Source of the DNA: Pseudomonadota bacterium
Lineage (GTDB): Bacteria > Bdellovibrionota_C > UBA2361 > OMII01
Direction of reading: 5' to 3'
DNA: 46,053 bases
Assembly: GCA_900299055.1 (NCBI GenBank)
Contig: OMII01000059.1
Location: forward strand, 1 to 46,053
Each line of letters opens with the position of its first letter. Position 1 is the stretch's first letter. Below the pieces are notes generated by a model that saw only the letters and a list, made by a program, of their open reading frames with translations, was not told where the DNA came from and did no database searches. The translations under genes were made by a program, and so were the position numbers. Of the stretch, positions 1-8,410 are shown piece by piece.

Positions 1-246
1 ATTCGCCAAGAAAATGATGTGTCTCAACCGAACGCTCTGGCAGGAGGACAGACAGCAGCGGTAACGAACACGGATGTGAGTGTCGGTGAAGACATTAAGG
101 CGTTGCAGTTGGTTGGAGGAGAAGTGACGTTAGGGGATGTCGTGCAGGCGCTCAACTCGCTCGGAGCCACACCGCGTGATTTGATCGCGATCTTTACGGC
201 GCTGAAGGCTGCTGGTGCTCTCAACGCTGAGCTAGTTGTGATGTAG
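1..246 (+). CDS. flgI: Flagellar P-ring protein FlgI, C-terminal fragment (5' end lies off-window)
   Basis: Frame 1 is open from base 1 to the TAG at 244-246. The tail ..VSQPN..GGQT...VVQALNSLGATPRDLIAIFTALKAAGALNAELVVM matches the conserved FlgI C-terminus as I recall it from E. coli FlgI. Confidence 0.85.
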   Translation: MRQENDVSQPNALAGGQTAAVTNTDVSVGEDIKALQLVGGEVTLGDVVQALNSLGATPRDLIAIFTALKAAGALNAELVVM

Positions 247-248
247 GT

Positions 249-560
249 GTGAGTATGAACAAGATAAAGCCTCTTGAAAGTGTCGCGGCCCCGGATCTTC
301 GCGGAGCTCAGAAGCCGTTGCCCGCGACGAAGGATCCTGAGGTCGCGGCACAGCAGTTTGAGGCTTTATTAGTTAAGCAGATGATAGACTCCATGTGGAG
401 TACAGTGCCTAAGAAGGGCTTGCTGACGGGCAGTAATGAGGAGTCGATGTACCGCGATATGCTGAACGAAGCTCTCGCAAACTCCATTTCAGAGGGCCGG
501 GGCATGGGTGTGAAGGATGTTATCCTTAAGGATATTAACAAGTTGTCAAAAAGTAAGTAA
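249..560 (+). CDS. flgJ: FlgJ-type rod-binding domain protein, with no muramidase domain
   Basis: 103 aa. The segment AAQQFEALLVKQMIDSMW resembles the FlgJ N-terminal rod-binding motif. It sits directly after flgI. The start is GTG at 249 or ATG at 255. It is too short to hold a glucosaminidase domain. Confidence 0.7.
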   Translation: MSMNKIKPLESVAAPDLRGAQKPLPATKDPEVAAQQFEALLVKQMIDSMWSTVPKKGLLTGSNEESMYRDMLNEALANSISEGRGMGVKDVILKDINKLSKSK

Positions 561-641
561 CCTTTTGGCCGGTTGTAGCATCGAAAGTGATAGGCTGCTC
601 GTGTAGCGGGCGCCTCGGCGGTTTATTCCATAGGATGGATT

Positions 642-1007
642 ATGAAAGTACCGGGATCAGAGGGAAATGAAGGGGTTCTAAAGCGCATCCAGGAAGGACG
701 CGTTGGTGAACAGTCAGCTACTCGCCGTGCAGCGACATCAAACGGGGTCGCGGACGGATTGTCTGGGGAGCTTCAGAAGACCCAGGTAGACACAATGAAG
801 TTCTCGTCGTTAGGCGCCGTGCTTCGCCAAGAGCTCGATCCGGCAAAGATGGCAGAAGAGCGTCGTGCTAAAATAGAGTCCCTTAAGGAGCGAATCCGAA
901 ACGGTTCGTATGCGCCACCGGTAGAGGGTATTGCTCAAGCCTTTGGCGAAGAGATCTCAACAGAGGTTATCTTTGGCGCGCGATTTATGACGGGTGAAGA
1001 GGGGTAA
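642..1007 (+). CDS. flgM: Anti-sigma-28 factor FlgM
   Basis: 121 aa. The C-terminal segment AKIESLKERIRNGSYAPPVEGIAQAF resembles the FlgM sigma-28-binding region. An AGGATGG RBS precedes the start. The position between flgJ and flgN fits. Confidence 0.7.
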   Translation: MKVPGSEGNEGVLKRIQEGRVGEQSATRRAATSNGVADGLSGELQKTQVDTMKFSSLGAVLRQELDPAKMAEERRAKIESLKERIRNGSYAPPVEGIAQAFGEEISTEVIFGARFMTGEEG

Positions 1008-1066
1008 CTCACCTTCCGATACTCGCAGTTCGATTGAAAACGTCACGATAGCCAGGTGTTTCTTAC

Positions 1067-1579
1067 ATGAAGCTCGAACCTAACGTTCTTAAAAACCTGG
1101 AAAGCGCGCTTACAGAAGAGCTGCGGCACTATCAGGAATATTTGCGGATATTAGACGAGGAACAGGAGCGTGTGGTAACGCTCAAAACGGATGAACTTGT
1201 TGAGTTCTCGGCCACACGATCTAAAATAATTGATCGCCTTTCACAGCTCCGGGACACGCGAGTTTCGATCGTTGCCTCAATAGTTGGCAGCGAATCGACC
1301 AAGTTAAGCGATTTTGTGGATACGCTTCCGGCGTCTACCGATAAAAATCGCCTATCCTCCCTTGTGGACAAAATTAAGAGTGCGGTTGAGACGGTAGATA
1401 GAAAGACCAAAGAGTTCAATCAGGTTCTCAATTACTCACTCGGACTTGTGAACGGCGAAATTTCCCTTCTGTGGTCTGCCTCCCAGACTGTAAGTCGGGT
1501 TTATAATGCCTTTGGCTCCGTTATAGAGGGTGCCCAGCCAGCACCCCAACGTGTTGGATCTCTTCTAGGAGAGGCGTAG
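1067..1579 (+). CDS. flgN: FlgN-like flagellar export chaperone
   Basis: 170-aa helical protein (LTEELRHYQEYLRILDEEQERVV...) immediately upstream of flgK, the usual flgN position. The call rests mainly on context. Confidence 0.5.
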   Translation: MKLEPNVLKNLESALTEELRHYQEYLRILDEEQERVVTLKTDELVEFSATRSKIIDRLSQLRDTRVSIVASIVGSESTKLSDFVDTLPASTDKNRLSSLVDKIKSAVETVDRKTKEFNQVLNYSLGLVNGEISLLWSASQTVSRVYNAFGSVIEGAQPAPQRVGSLLGEA

Positions 1580-1609
1580 ATCGCCCTCTATTCGCACGGC
1601 TGCTCATCC

Positions 1610-1625
1610 CGGCACACTCATTGCT
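1610..1625 (+). promoter_or_regulatory. Candidate sigma-54 (-24/-12) promoter for flgK-flgL and downstream genes
   Basis: The sequence cGGCACactcaTTGCt has exact GG-N10-GC spacing and matches TGGCAC-N5-TTGC at 9 of 10 fixed positions. It lies about 60 nt upstream of the flgK ATG. rpoN is encoded in the same window. Confidence 0.55.
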
Positions 1626-1685
1626 TAGTTACAAGAGGACCACCAGCTTCCGGCATATTTTGCCGAGCTGCAGAAGGCGCTCTCG

Positions 1686-3326
1686 ATGGCAAATTTCACA
1701 GCTAAGATCCTCGGCAACTCAGTTAGCGCCATGACGGCGTCGCAGGCCTTGCTGTCAAACGCCTCCAACAACATCGCCAACGTTAATACCCCCGGCTATT
1801 CACGTCGGGATATATCGATACAGACCAGAATTGATCCCGCCGCGGTTGATGGAATACTCCGTATTGGTAGCGGAGTACAACTCGGGGAGATCTCACGAGT
1901 CACAAACTCCTTCCTCGAGGACTCCCTGCGTAGGGCAGTGTCTCGACAAGGTGCGGCGACGGTGCGGAATGAATATCTTGCCCGAGTAGAAAACGTTTTT
2001 AGTCTCAGTGGTCCCACGATGACGGTGGGGTCGACTCTGAATGACTTCTTTTCTGCGGTTAACCAGCTTGGGGTAGACCCATCCAATTTAGATCTGCGCC
2101 TCAATGTTCTGCAGAAGGGAGAAGACCTAGTTGGTACAATCCGTTCGACGTTTCAAGAGATCGCTAATAGCCAGAACGAGCTCGATAAGCGTGTATCTAT
2201 GGAGGTTGGCTCAATTAACTCCATTACAAAAGAGGTTGCTCATCTAAACAGTGTGATAGCACAGCGAGAATCAGTAGGGGTAACAGCGACTGATGAGCGT
2301 GATCAGAGGGATACTGTGCTCTCGAAGTTAGCGGAAAAGATCTCGTTCAACATCGTAGAGACGCCAAATGGCATGGTCAATTGCGTATTGGAGAATGGGT
2401 TTCCACTGGTTAATCAGGAAACCTCGCGTGATCTAAGCGTCACAGCCACACCGACATTTGGGGGCGCTACCATGCCGCGATCGCTGTCCGATAGCGTGCT
2501 TTCGTATGTCGTATATAACTTTGGTTCAGCAGACGCCCCCTCCCACCTTGATCTTACTCAGATGATAAAAAATGGCGGGGGCTCTCTCGCAGGTGTGCTG
2601 CAAATGCGCGGCTACGCGGACCCATCCAATACATCGCCGTATGAAGCGGATGGAGATCTAGTCGCGCTGGCTACTCGAATTGAAGCCCTCACTCGGAACC
2701 TAATAACGGAAGTCAATCAAGTATATCGAGGTGGTGATGAGGATCCAGTTACTGCCGGAGTGCAACCCAGAGCAGGTGACTTGAATGGGAACACGCCAGA
2801 TGTATTCGGTCTATTCGATTTTGATTTCTCTGGGGTTAAAGACTCAGATGGAGATGGAGCGGCTACCGCAACCGATCTCGCAGCGACCGGCCTTCATACC
2901 TTCTCGAATCTGTTGAAATTAGGGATCTCTAGCCCAGATCAATTCGCTGCCGCTCGTGACTTAGACCCAACCCCCGGCAGCCTCGAGTTTGCGACAGGAG
3001 ACGGTTCTAATGCACAAGCTCTGGCAGGTCTACGAACCGACGCATTTTCGTACTCTCTTGGAGCACTGTCGTTTACCGGCACTTTTGATGAGCTGTACAA
3101 CTCGGCGGTAAGTACGGCTGGTAATATGAAGTCAGCAGCTCAGCTTGAGTCAGATGTAGCCAACGCAAGCTATATGACAGCGAGTAGTAAAAGAGACGAG
3201 TTCTCATCAGTGAATCTCGATGAAGAATTTGCGAATGTGATTAAATACCAAAAAGCCTTCCAAGCGTCCGCCCGGATGATCAAGACGGCAAGTGAGATAA
3301 TTGACGTGATCGTGAGCCTTATATGA
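1686..3326 (+). CDS. flgK: Flagellar hook-associated protein 1, FlgK
   Basis: 546 aa. The N-terminus SAMTASQALLSNASNNIANVNTPGYSRRD and the C-terminus EEFANVIKYQKAFQASARMIKTASEIIDVIVSL are FlgK signatures. Confidence 0.9.
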   Translation: MANFTAKILGNSVSAMTASQALLSNASNNIANVNTPGYSRRDISIQTRIDPAAVDGILRIGSGVQLGEISRVTNSFLEDSLRRAVSRQGAATVRNEYLARVENVFSLSGPTMTVGSTLNDFFSAVNQLGVDPSNLDLRLNVLQKGEDLVGTIRSTFQEIANSQNELDKRVSMEVGSINSITKEVAHLNSVIAQRESVGVTATDERDQRDTVLSKLAEKISFNIVETPNGMVNCVLENGFPLVNQETSRDLSVTATPTFGGATMPRSLSDSVLSYVVYNFGSADAPSHLDLTQMIKNGGGSLAGVLQMRGYADPSNTSPYEADGDLVALATRIEALTRNLITEVNQVYRGGDEDPVTAGVQPRAGDLNGNTPDVFGLFDFDFSGVKDSDGDGAATATDLAATGLHTFSNLLKLGISSPDQFAAARDLDPTPGSLEFATGDGSNAQALAGLRTDAFSYSLGALSFTGTFDELYNSAVSTAGNMKSAAQLESDVANASYMTASSKRDEFSSVNLDEEFANVIKYQKAFQASARMIKTASEIIDVIVSLI

Positions 3327-4309
3327 GACGCGTGTCAGAGAATCAAACTACTCGAAACTTAGTTTCGTATGCGCTGGAGAATAAGCGCCGAGTGGGAGAG
3401 TATTCAAAACAACTCACCACAGGTCTCAAAGTCGAAAAGCCGAGCGATTCGATTGACGCGGGGACAATCTCGCGTTACCAGCAGCAGATAGCAAAAATTG
3501 ATACGTATAATAGCACTATCGCCCAAGCAAAGAGCTTTTTGCAGTCCCAGGACGACATTGTCAGTCAAGCAAGTCAGCTCTTAGTGAGGGCAAATGAGAT
3601 TGCGCAACAGGGCGCAAACGAGACGTTGAGTGAGTTTTCTCGCTCGCAGCTCGCTGAAGAGGTATTTCAGATACGGGATCAGATGGCGAGTCTGGCCAAC
3701 TCTACCTTTCAGGGGAAATATGTTTATGGTGGCGTTGATGACGATGACGCTCCATATGATCTCCAGACCTATGCTGAGCCTGTAGATGGAGATGCTAATA
3801 AGCGCTATGTGTTCGATGCAGAGCCAGGTACCGACGTCAGCAAGACAGTGCGGGTCTCCGATGATATCAGTGTGACGCTCAACACTCCGGCGGATAAAGT
3901 TTTTGGTACCTCTATGGAGGCACTCGAGCGTTTATCCAGGGCGCTTGCGGGATATTCGACGAATCCAGCCAGTGGAACCCCCGATGGAACTGGCACTGCG
4001 TACACATTCCCAGATGACTTTCACACCCAAACATCCGATATAAAGGCGTGCATTGATCTTTTAAACTTTGCTCGCGATAAAGAGATGATCCCAGAGCGAG
4101 TCGCTTTAGGCGGACGTTTACGAAGAATTGAGACTGGCACAGCCCTACTTGAGCTGACCAAGAACTCGGCAAAAGAGGCGCTCAGTCGGCTGCAAGATGC
4201 GGACGAGGCGGAGGCGGCGTCCAACCTCCAGCAGGCCCAGACAGCCCTTCAGGCCTCATACTCCGTTACAGCAAAGGTTCTTCGGCTCTCGATCCTTGAT
4301 TACGTATAG
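3323..4309 (+). CDS. flgL: Flagellar hook-associated protein 3, FlgL
   Basis: 328 aa. It overlaps the flgK stop by ATGA. It has flagellin-like terminal helices; the C-terminus reads AEAASNLQQAQTALQASYSVTAKVLRLSILDYV. Confidence 0.8.
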   Translation: MRRVSENQTTRNLVSYALENKRRVGEYSKQLTTGLKVEKPSDSIDAGTISRYQQQIAKIDTYNSTIAQAKSFLQSQDDIVSQASQLLVRANEIAQQGANETLSEFSRSQLAEEVFQIRDQMASLANSTFQGKYVYGGVDDDDAPYDLQTYAEPVDGDANKRYVFDAEPGTDVSKTVRVSDDISVTLNTPADKVFGTSMEALERLSRALAGYSTNPASGTPDGTGTAYTFPDDFHTQTSDIKACIDLLNFARDKEMIPERVALGGRLRRIETGTALLELTKNSAKEALSRLQDADEAEAASNLQQAQTALQASYSVTAKVLRLSILDYV

Positions 4310-4332
4310 CCTTATCGGTCTATACTCGGTTC

Positions 4333-5040
4333 ATGTCTCGAACTGTTGTTTTTATTCCAGTGTACAATGAGGAACCGCATCTTGTTGGCCTGCTGCAGAG
4401 GTTGCGCCAAGTCTACTCGGGAGATGTACTCTGTGTCGACGATGGTTCAGTTGATCGTTCGGGGGAGGTGCTTCGTTCGCTTGAGGGGCCCAGTACTCGG
4501 GTCATCGTCGAACCTAGCAATCGAGGCTATGGCGCAACGCTGCTTCGCGGGTTCAGGGAAGTGATCTCCGAAGGGTATGATTTTGTCATTACTATGGACT
4601 CCGATGGACAGCACCGGCCAGACTGGATTCCTGAGTTCTTCGCGACTATCCCGACGTGGGATGTTGTATCAGGAAGTCGCTATCACTCGGAGATTGACGG
4701 CAATGGAACCGCTCCTGCAGATCGTAGGCGCATAAACATCGAGGTGACAAAGCTAATTAATCAGATAACAGGGTTCGGGATTACCGATGCTTTCTGTGGA
4801 TTTAAAGCCTATCGAGTAGAGGCACTGAAGCAGCTGGATTTGCGAGAGTCGGGATACGCCATGCCACTACAACTCTGGATTCAGGCGAAAGCGCTCGGGC
4901 TGCGGGTGAGGGAGATGCCAGTGTCTCGTATTTACGATGACCCACATCGGACCTTTGGCGGTGAATTGGATGTACCAGAGACGCGATTGGCTTATTATCT
5001 TGATACAATTACCCAGGAGAGGAAGCGATGGAACCTGTAG
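4333..5040 (+). CDS. Family 2 glycosyltransferase of the DPM1/GtrB type, with no transmembrane segment
   Basis: 235 aa. Motifs seen: VFIPVYNEE, VDDGSVDRS, ITMDSDGQH (DxD-type) and DAFCGFKAYR, which is the GT2 polyprenol-phosphate-sugar-synthase-like pattern. The gap after flgL is 23 nt. Confidence 0.8.
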   Translation: MSRTVVFIPVYNEEPHLVGLLQRLRQVYSGDVLCVDDGSVDRSGEVLRSLEGPSTRVIVEPSNRGYGATLLRGFREVISEGYDFVITMDSDGQHRPDWIPEFFATIPTWDVVSGSRYHSEIDGNGTAPADRRRINIEVTKLINQITGFGITDAFCGFKAYRVEALKQLDLRESGYAMPLQLWIQAKALGLRVREMPVSRIYDDPHRTFGGELDVPETRLAYYLDTITQERKRWNL

Positions 5041-5720
5041 TTATGGTAGTCGCGCCGCATCAGGACGACGCGGAAATCGGAATGGGCGGTACTATAGCCT
5101 CTCTGCGGAGCGAGGGAGTACGAGTAGTGATAGTGGACCTCAGTGATGGTGAGCCCACGCCATTTGGTAGTCCTGAAATACGGGCACGAGAAACGAAAGC
5201 TGCTTCCTCGATCTTAAAGATAGAGGAGCGAGAGCTGCTTGGTCTCCCTAATCGTGAGATTACTGACTCTACGGAGAATCGTAAGCGACTTGCATCATGC
5301 ATTCGCAGATACAAGCCTGAGATAATATTCGCCCCGTATTGGAGTGACGCGCATCCTGACCACGTACAAGCCTCCGCCCTGGTTGATGCTGCGCGCTTTT
5401 ACGCAAAGTTCGTAAAGACAGATATGCCCTATGAACCCTGGTACGTACGGTCTCAGTTTTATTTCTTCTCGACACATATGAAAGTGAGAATTCAACCGTC
5501 ATATGTGTACGACATCTCAGGATTCTTGGAGAGTAAATTGTCTGCGATCCGTGCGTTTGAGTCGCAGTTCGTGTTGCATCAGAAGAACGCCCAGCGCCTG
5601 CAAGAGATAGAGACAGAGGCTCGTTATTGGGGTAACCAACTAGGGGTAGAAGCGGGGGAGCCCTTCGTGAGTAAAGAGAACGTGCGGGTCAAGAGCGCTG
5701 CGCAACTGTTTTCGTTGTAG
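5028..5720 (+). CDS. PIG-L/LmbE family N-acetylglucosaminyl deacetylase, BshB1-like
   Basis: 230 aa. Motifs seen: VVAPHQDDAEIGMGGTIA, DLSDGEPTPFGSPEIRARE and DAHPDH. These parallel B. subtilis BshB1 (AHADDVEIGMGGTIAK...DLT...HPDH) as I recall it. It overlaps the GT2 gene by 13 nt. Confidence 0.8.
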   Translation: MEPVVMVVAPHQDDAEIGMGGTIASLRSEGVRVVIVDLSDGEPTPFGSPEIRARETKAASSILKIEERELLGLPNREITDSTENRKRLASCIRRYKPEIIFAPYWSDAHPDHVQASALVDAARFYAKFVKTDMPYEPWYVRSQFYFFSTHMKVRIQPSYVYDISGFLESKLSAIRAFESQFVLHQKNAQRLQEIETEARYWGNQLGVEAGEPFVSKENVRVKSAAQLFSL

Positions 5721-5729
5721 GTTTGACGA

Positions 5730-7205
5730 ATGTCAGATGTGATCGTTCCCCCATACCCTGACTGGAAGGCGCTGCTTGAGCAGAGTATGAAGGCCCGCCC
5801 AGAAATAGCAGCTGCTGTTGGTGCTCATGAAGTCTTAAATGCTCGGGCAGACGTAGCTGAGTGCGCACAAAGATACACCGATTATCTGCTACGCGCAGCT
5901 TCGGAGCGCGGTATTCGTTTAGTTGATGCGGGCGATCTGCCTGACAATAGCCAAGATGCAGCCGTAATGGCTGGTCATCAGCCGGTGGTATTTCATCCTG
6001 GGCTACTCCTCAAGGCGCAGATCCTCTCTAAGTTCTCCAGGGAATCGGGAGCGCTTGGTATACCGGTGATTATCGATACAGATGCGGGAGATCTGTGTGA
6101 AATTAGCTGGCCGCGCGTCAGTGGTGATGCGCTCCTGGTACGGCGTGCCTCAATAGCGTGTGCCACAGTGCCGAGCAATCAGAACGTTGATGCTCCAGTG
6201 CTCTACTCAGCGCAACAAATTAAGACTCGAGATGAAATTCATGAAATTTTTAGCGAGATGCAGACCGATCTTCTCGCAGCCGGTCTGGATAGTGCGGCAG
6301 AGCGCGCTAGAAAAGTTGGTGCAGTATACGAGCTCCTTGCCGGTTGTTCTCTAGCGATGGCGAACTCGATTGCTCGCTGGAGTTTTGAGCGAAGAGGGTA
6401 CCGAGAAGTGCCACTCTCAATGCTCCTACGAGATACGTCGCTACGTCATGTTGTTTCAAAGCTAGCGCAAGATTCAACTAGGTTATTTGAGACGTATAAC
6501 GGATGTCTCGACAATTATCGGCGCGAACATTCGATTAAGAACGTAGCGAATCCATTTCCAAACCTGAAAAAGCGTGATGACTCGTTTGAGTTGCCATTCT
6601 GGGTCGTCCGAGATGGTGAACGGCAGCCTTTGTGGAGTAGTGACAAGGACCTCGTCGATTTCGGAGAAGAGACATACCTTGCGACGCGGGGAAGTATTAC
6701 CACCATGATACTGCGAGCGTATTGCTCAGATCTGTTTATCCATGGGATAGGTGGTGGAAAATACGATCGGTTCGTTGATAGCTTTGGCGCGCATTACTTA
6801 GGCACTCCGCTTTCACCGTTTGTAGTGGCGAGCCGCACGCGTGTAATCAATCCGAGTCGAGTGGATGAGTTATCCGCAGCTGTGTTGAGAGGAAGCTCCA
6901 TGAAACAAGTGGTGTCCCAGACAGAGCTTTATTTAGGGAAGGGTATCTTCACGGCTCAGGAGGAGTGTCGATTGCGGGAGGTGCTGGCGAAGCGGGCTCG
7001 ATTACGCGAGCAGTTGGGGACGGCTGCCAGTCCGGAAGAAAAGAGCACGGTCGCGCACGCTTTAAATCAGATGAATACGGAAGTTCGCGAAGTTGTCCAA
7101 GGGAGCATCTTGCAGTCGGATGTCGCTGAGCTACCGAGAAATCAGAAGCTGCTAGAAGGGTGGAGCTATCGGGAGTTTCCATATTTTCTCTTTGAAGGTG
7201 ACTGA
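5730..7205 (+). CDS. Conserved hypothetical protein, a distant BshC-like (putative cysteine/amino-acid ligase family) candidate
   Basis: 491 aa. AAVMAGHQPVVFHPGLLLKAQIL...GIPVIIDTDAGDLCEI parallels BshC AAVVGGQQAGLLTGPLYTIHKII...VPVIPIFWVAGEDHDLDEI. DLFIHGIGGGKYDRF parallels LAFIAGPGEINYW. The tail is helical and charged. The similarity was judged by eye only. Confidence 0.4.
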   Translation: MSDVIVPPYPDWKALLEQSMKARPEIAAAVGAHEVLNARADVAECAQRYTDYLLRAASERGIRLVDAGDLPDNSQDAAVMAGHQPVVFHPGLLLKAQILSKFSRESGALGIPVIIDTDAGDLCEISWPRVSGDALLVRRASIACATVPSNQNVDAPVLYSAQQIKTRDEIHEIFSEMQTDLLAAGLDSAAERARKVGAVYELLAGCSLAMANSIARWSFERRGYREVPLSMLLRDTSLRHVVSKLAQDSTRLFETYNGCLDNYRREHSIKNVANPFPNLKKRDDSFELPFWVVRDGERQPLWSSDKDLVDFGEETYLATRGSITTMILRAYCSDLFIHGIGGGKYDRFVDSFGAHYLGTPLSPFVVASRTRVINPSRVDELSAAVLRGSSMKQVVSQTELYLGKGIFTAQEECRLREVLAKRARLREQLGTAASPEEKSTVAHALNQMNTEVREVVQGSILQSDVAELPRNQKLLEGWSYREFPYFLFEGD

Positions 7206-7219
7206 CAGGGAAGGCGCGG

Positions 7220-7240
7220 CACACCTTCGGTAGAAGTGTG
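7220..7240 (+). terminator. Stem-loop after the BshC-like gene, possibly a terminator (no U-tract)
   Basis: CACAC(C)TTC-GGTA-GAAGTGTG forms 8 bp with one bulge and a 4-nt loop, starting 15 nt after the TGA at 7203-7205. No T-run follows it. Confidence 0.3.
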
Positions 7241-7470
7241 GACAAGAGGCGTGTCTAATCTCGACTCGGGTTGGGTCGAATTGGTCGGTTGTGATCGTAT
7301 CACGTGAGGCGCGAATAGTCGGTTTAAGCTCTACACTCATCGCAATCTCACCCAAATGAACTGCCCTAGCGGCGATTATCCGAGAACTCAGAAATGAATT
7401 GACTCCTCTTTCGGCAAACGACAGACTCATCGGCTACGGTTTTTCTGACTTCCCGTAAGAGAGGATTATC

Positions 7471-8133
7471 ATGCGAGACAATCCCTTTCGGCCTGGAACG
7501 ATGGAGCATTGGTTAGTTGGTAGACCAAACCAAGTGTCAGCGAAAATCATGTTGTGCTTAGTTACATTGCTAACGGCGACTCCATTTTTTTCGCTTCCTG
7601 GGACTTTCGTTTTGATGTCTATCATCGCTGTTCACGAGTATGGCCACATAGCGGCAATGCGAGTGTGCGGGATCCCCACTGCTGGGTTTTATTTTTTGCC
7701 GATGGCGGGTGGAATCGCGATTCCGCTGCGAGGATGGCGTTCGCTGGAGTCCACTGTGATGGTATCTCTCGGCGGCGCGGTTGTTGGCGCCATCGGAACG
7801 CTCGCGCTGATGGTGGTGTATCTAGTCTATCCAGATGTGATTCTGGGGGGGGTGATTTGGTTGTCGGCTTTGGGCAATCTTGTTGGTCTGATTCCCCTAT
7901 CGCGTTTGGACGGCGGAAGGTGTCTGCAAGCGGTCTTCTGCTCTCTCTGTGGAAGAGAGACTGCGACGTGCGACCCTGGTTCGGGATGGGAGGATCTCCT
8001 CGCCATCTTGAGTTATCTTGGGATCGTTGGGGCACTTGTGGCGATTATCGTCGATTCAACGCTCCTCAGTGATGCACTCGAGGCGTGGGTATACTGGCGG
8101 TTTTTGGTATATGGTGGATACTTTTCACCCTAG
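7471..8133 (+). CDS. Peptidase M50 (site-2 protease family), minimal membrane-core form
   Basis: 220 aa. It has HEYGH (HExxH) inside a hydrophobic segment and a second motif GNLVGLIPLSRLDGG (NxxPxxxLDG). It is hydrophobic throughout. A GAGAGGA RBS precedes the start. Confidence 0.8.
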   Translation: MRDNPFRPGTMEHWLVGRPNQVSAKIMLCLVTLLTATPFFSLPGTFVLMSIIAVHEYGHIAAMRVCGIPTAGFYFLPMAGGIAIPLRGWRSLESTVMVSLGGAVVGAIGTLALMVVYLVYPDVILGGVIWLSALGNLVGLIPLSRLDGGRCLQAVFCSLCGRETATCDPGSGWEDLLAILSYLGIVGALVAIIVDSTLLSDALEAWVYWRFLVYGGYFSP

Positions 8134-8157
8134 CTGCTTCGGCACTAGGGTTTTTTT
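8128..8157 (+). terminator. Rho-independent terminator of the M50 protease gene
   Basis: CCCTAG(C)TGC-TTCG-GCACTAGGG followed by TTTTTTT. That is a 9-bp stem with one bulge, a UUCG tetraloop and a T7 tract. The stop codon TAG (8131-8133) lies within the 5' arm. Confidence 0.8.
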
Positions 8158-8410
8158 GTGCCCAATACTTTCGGGGGAGACGACGGCGACAATGCAGCCA
8201 GTCGATAGCTTGCGTGTCTACACTGGCGGTTAATGCGCTCGGATGTGGGCCGCCCTTGGGGAGGTCCGTTGTCGTGGCGGCAGTAGCTCCTCTAATGGTC
8301 TAATATGACTAAGTAGTTAAGTCTGTTTTGGTGCTGCCAGCGAGCAAGGTCTATATCGCGAGACCTGGCCATCGCCGGAGATACCGTTTGATTAACGCTG
8401 GGCTTTTGTT

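Noticed and set aside
7152-7430. A 92-aa minus-strand ORF in the gap between the BshC-like gene and the M50 protease gene.
   Set aside because: It has only a weak, distant RBS and no recognisable motif. It overlaps the 3' end of the BshC-like gene by 54 nt and contains the 7220-7240 hairpin. I cannot exclude a real small gene, but the evidence is insufficient to call it.
8085-8303. A 72-aa ORF in an alternative frame whose N-terminus (GILAVFGIWWILFTLAASALGFF) looks like a TM helix. I considered whether it was a frameshifted C-terminal extension of the M50 protease or a small membrane protein.
   Set aside because: The strong UUCG-tetraloop/T7 terminator at 8128-8157 lies inside it and uses the M50 stop codon. 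The ORF has no RBS. The hydrophobic stretch is explained by T-rich codons around the terminator.
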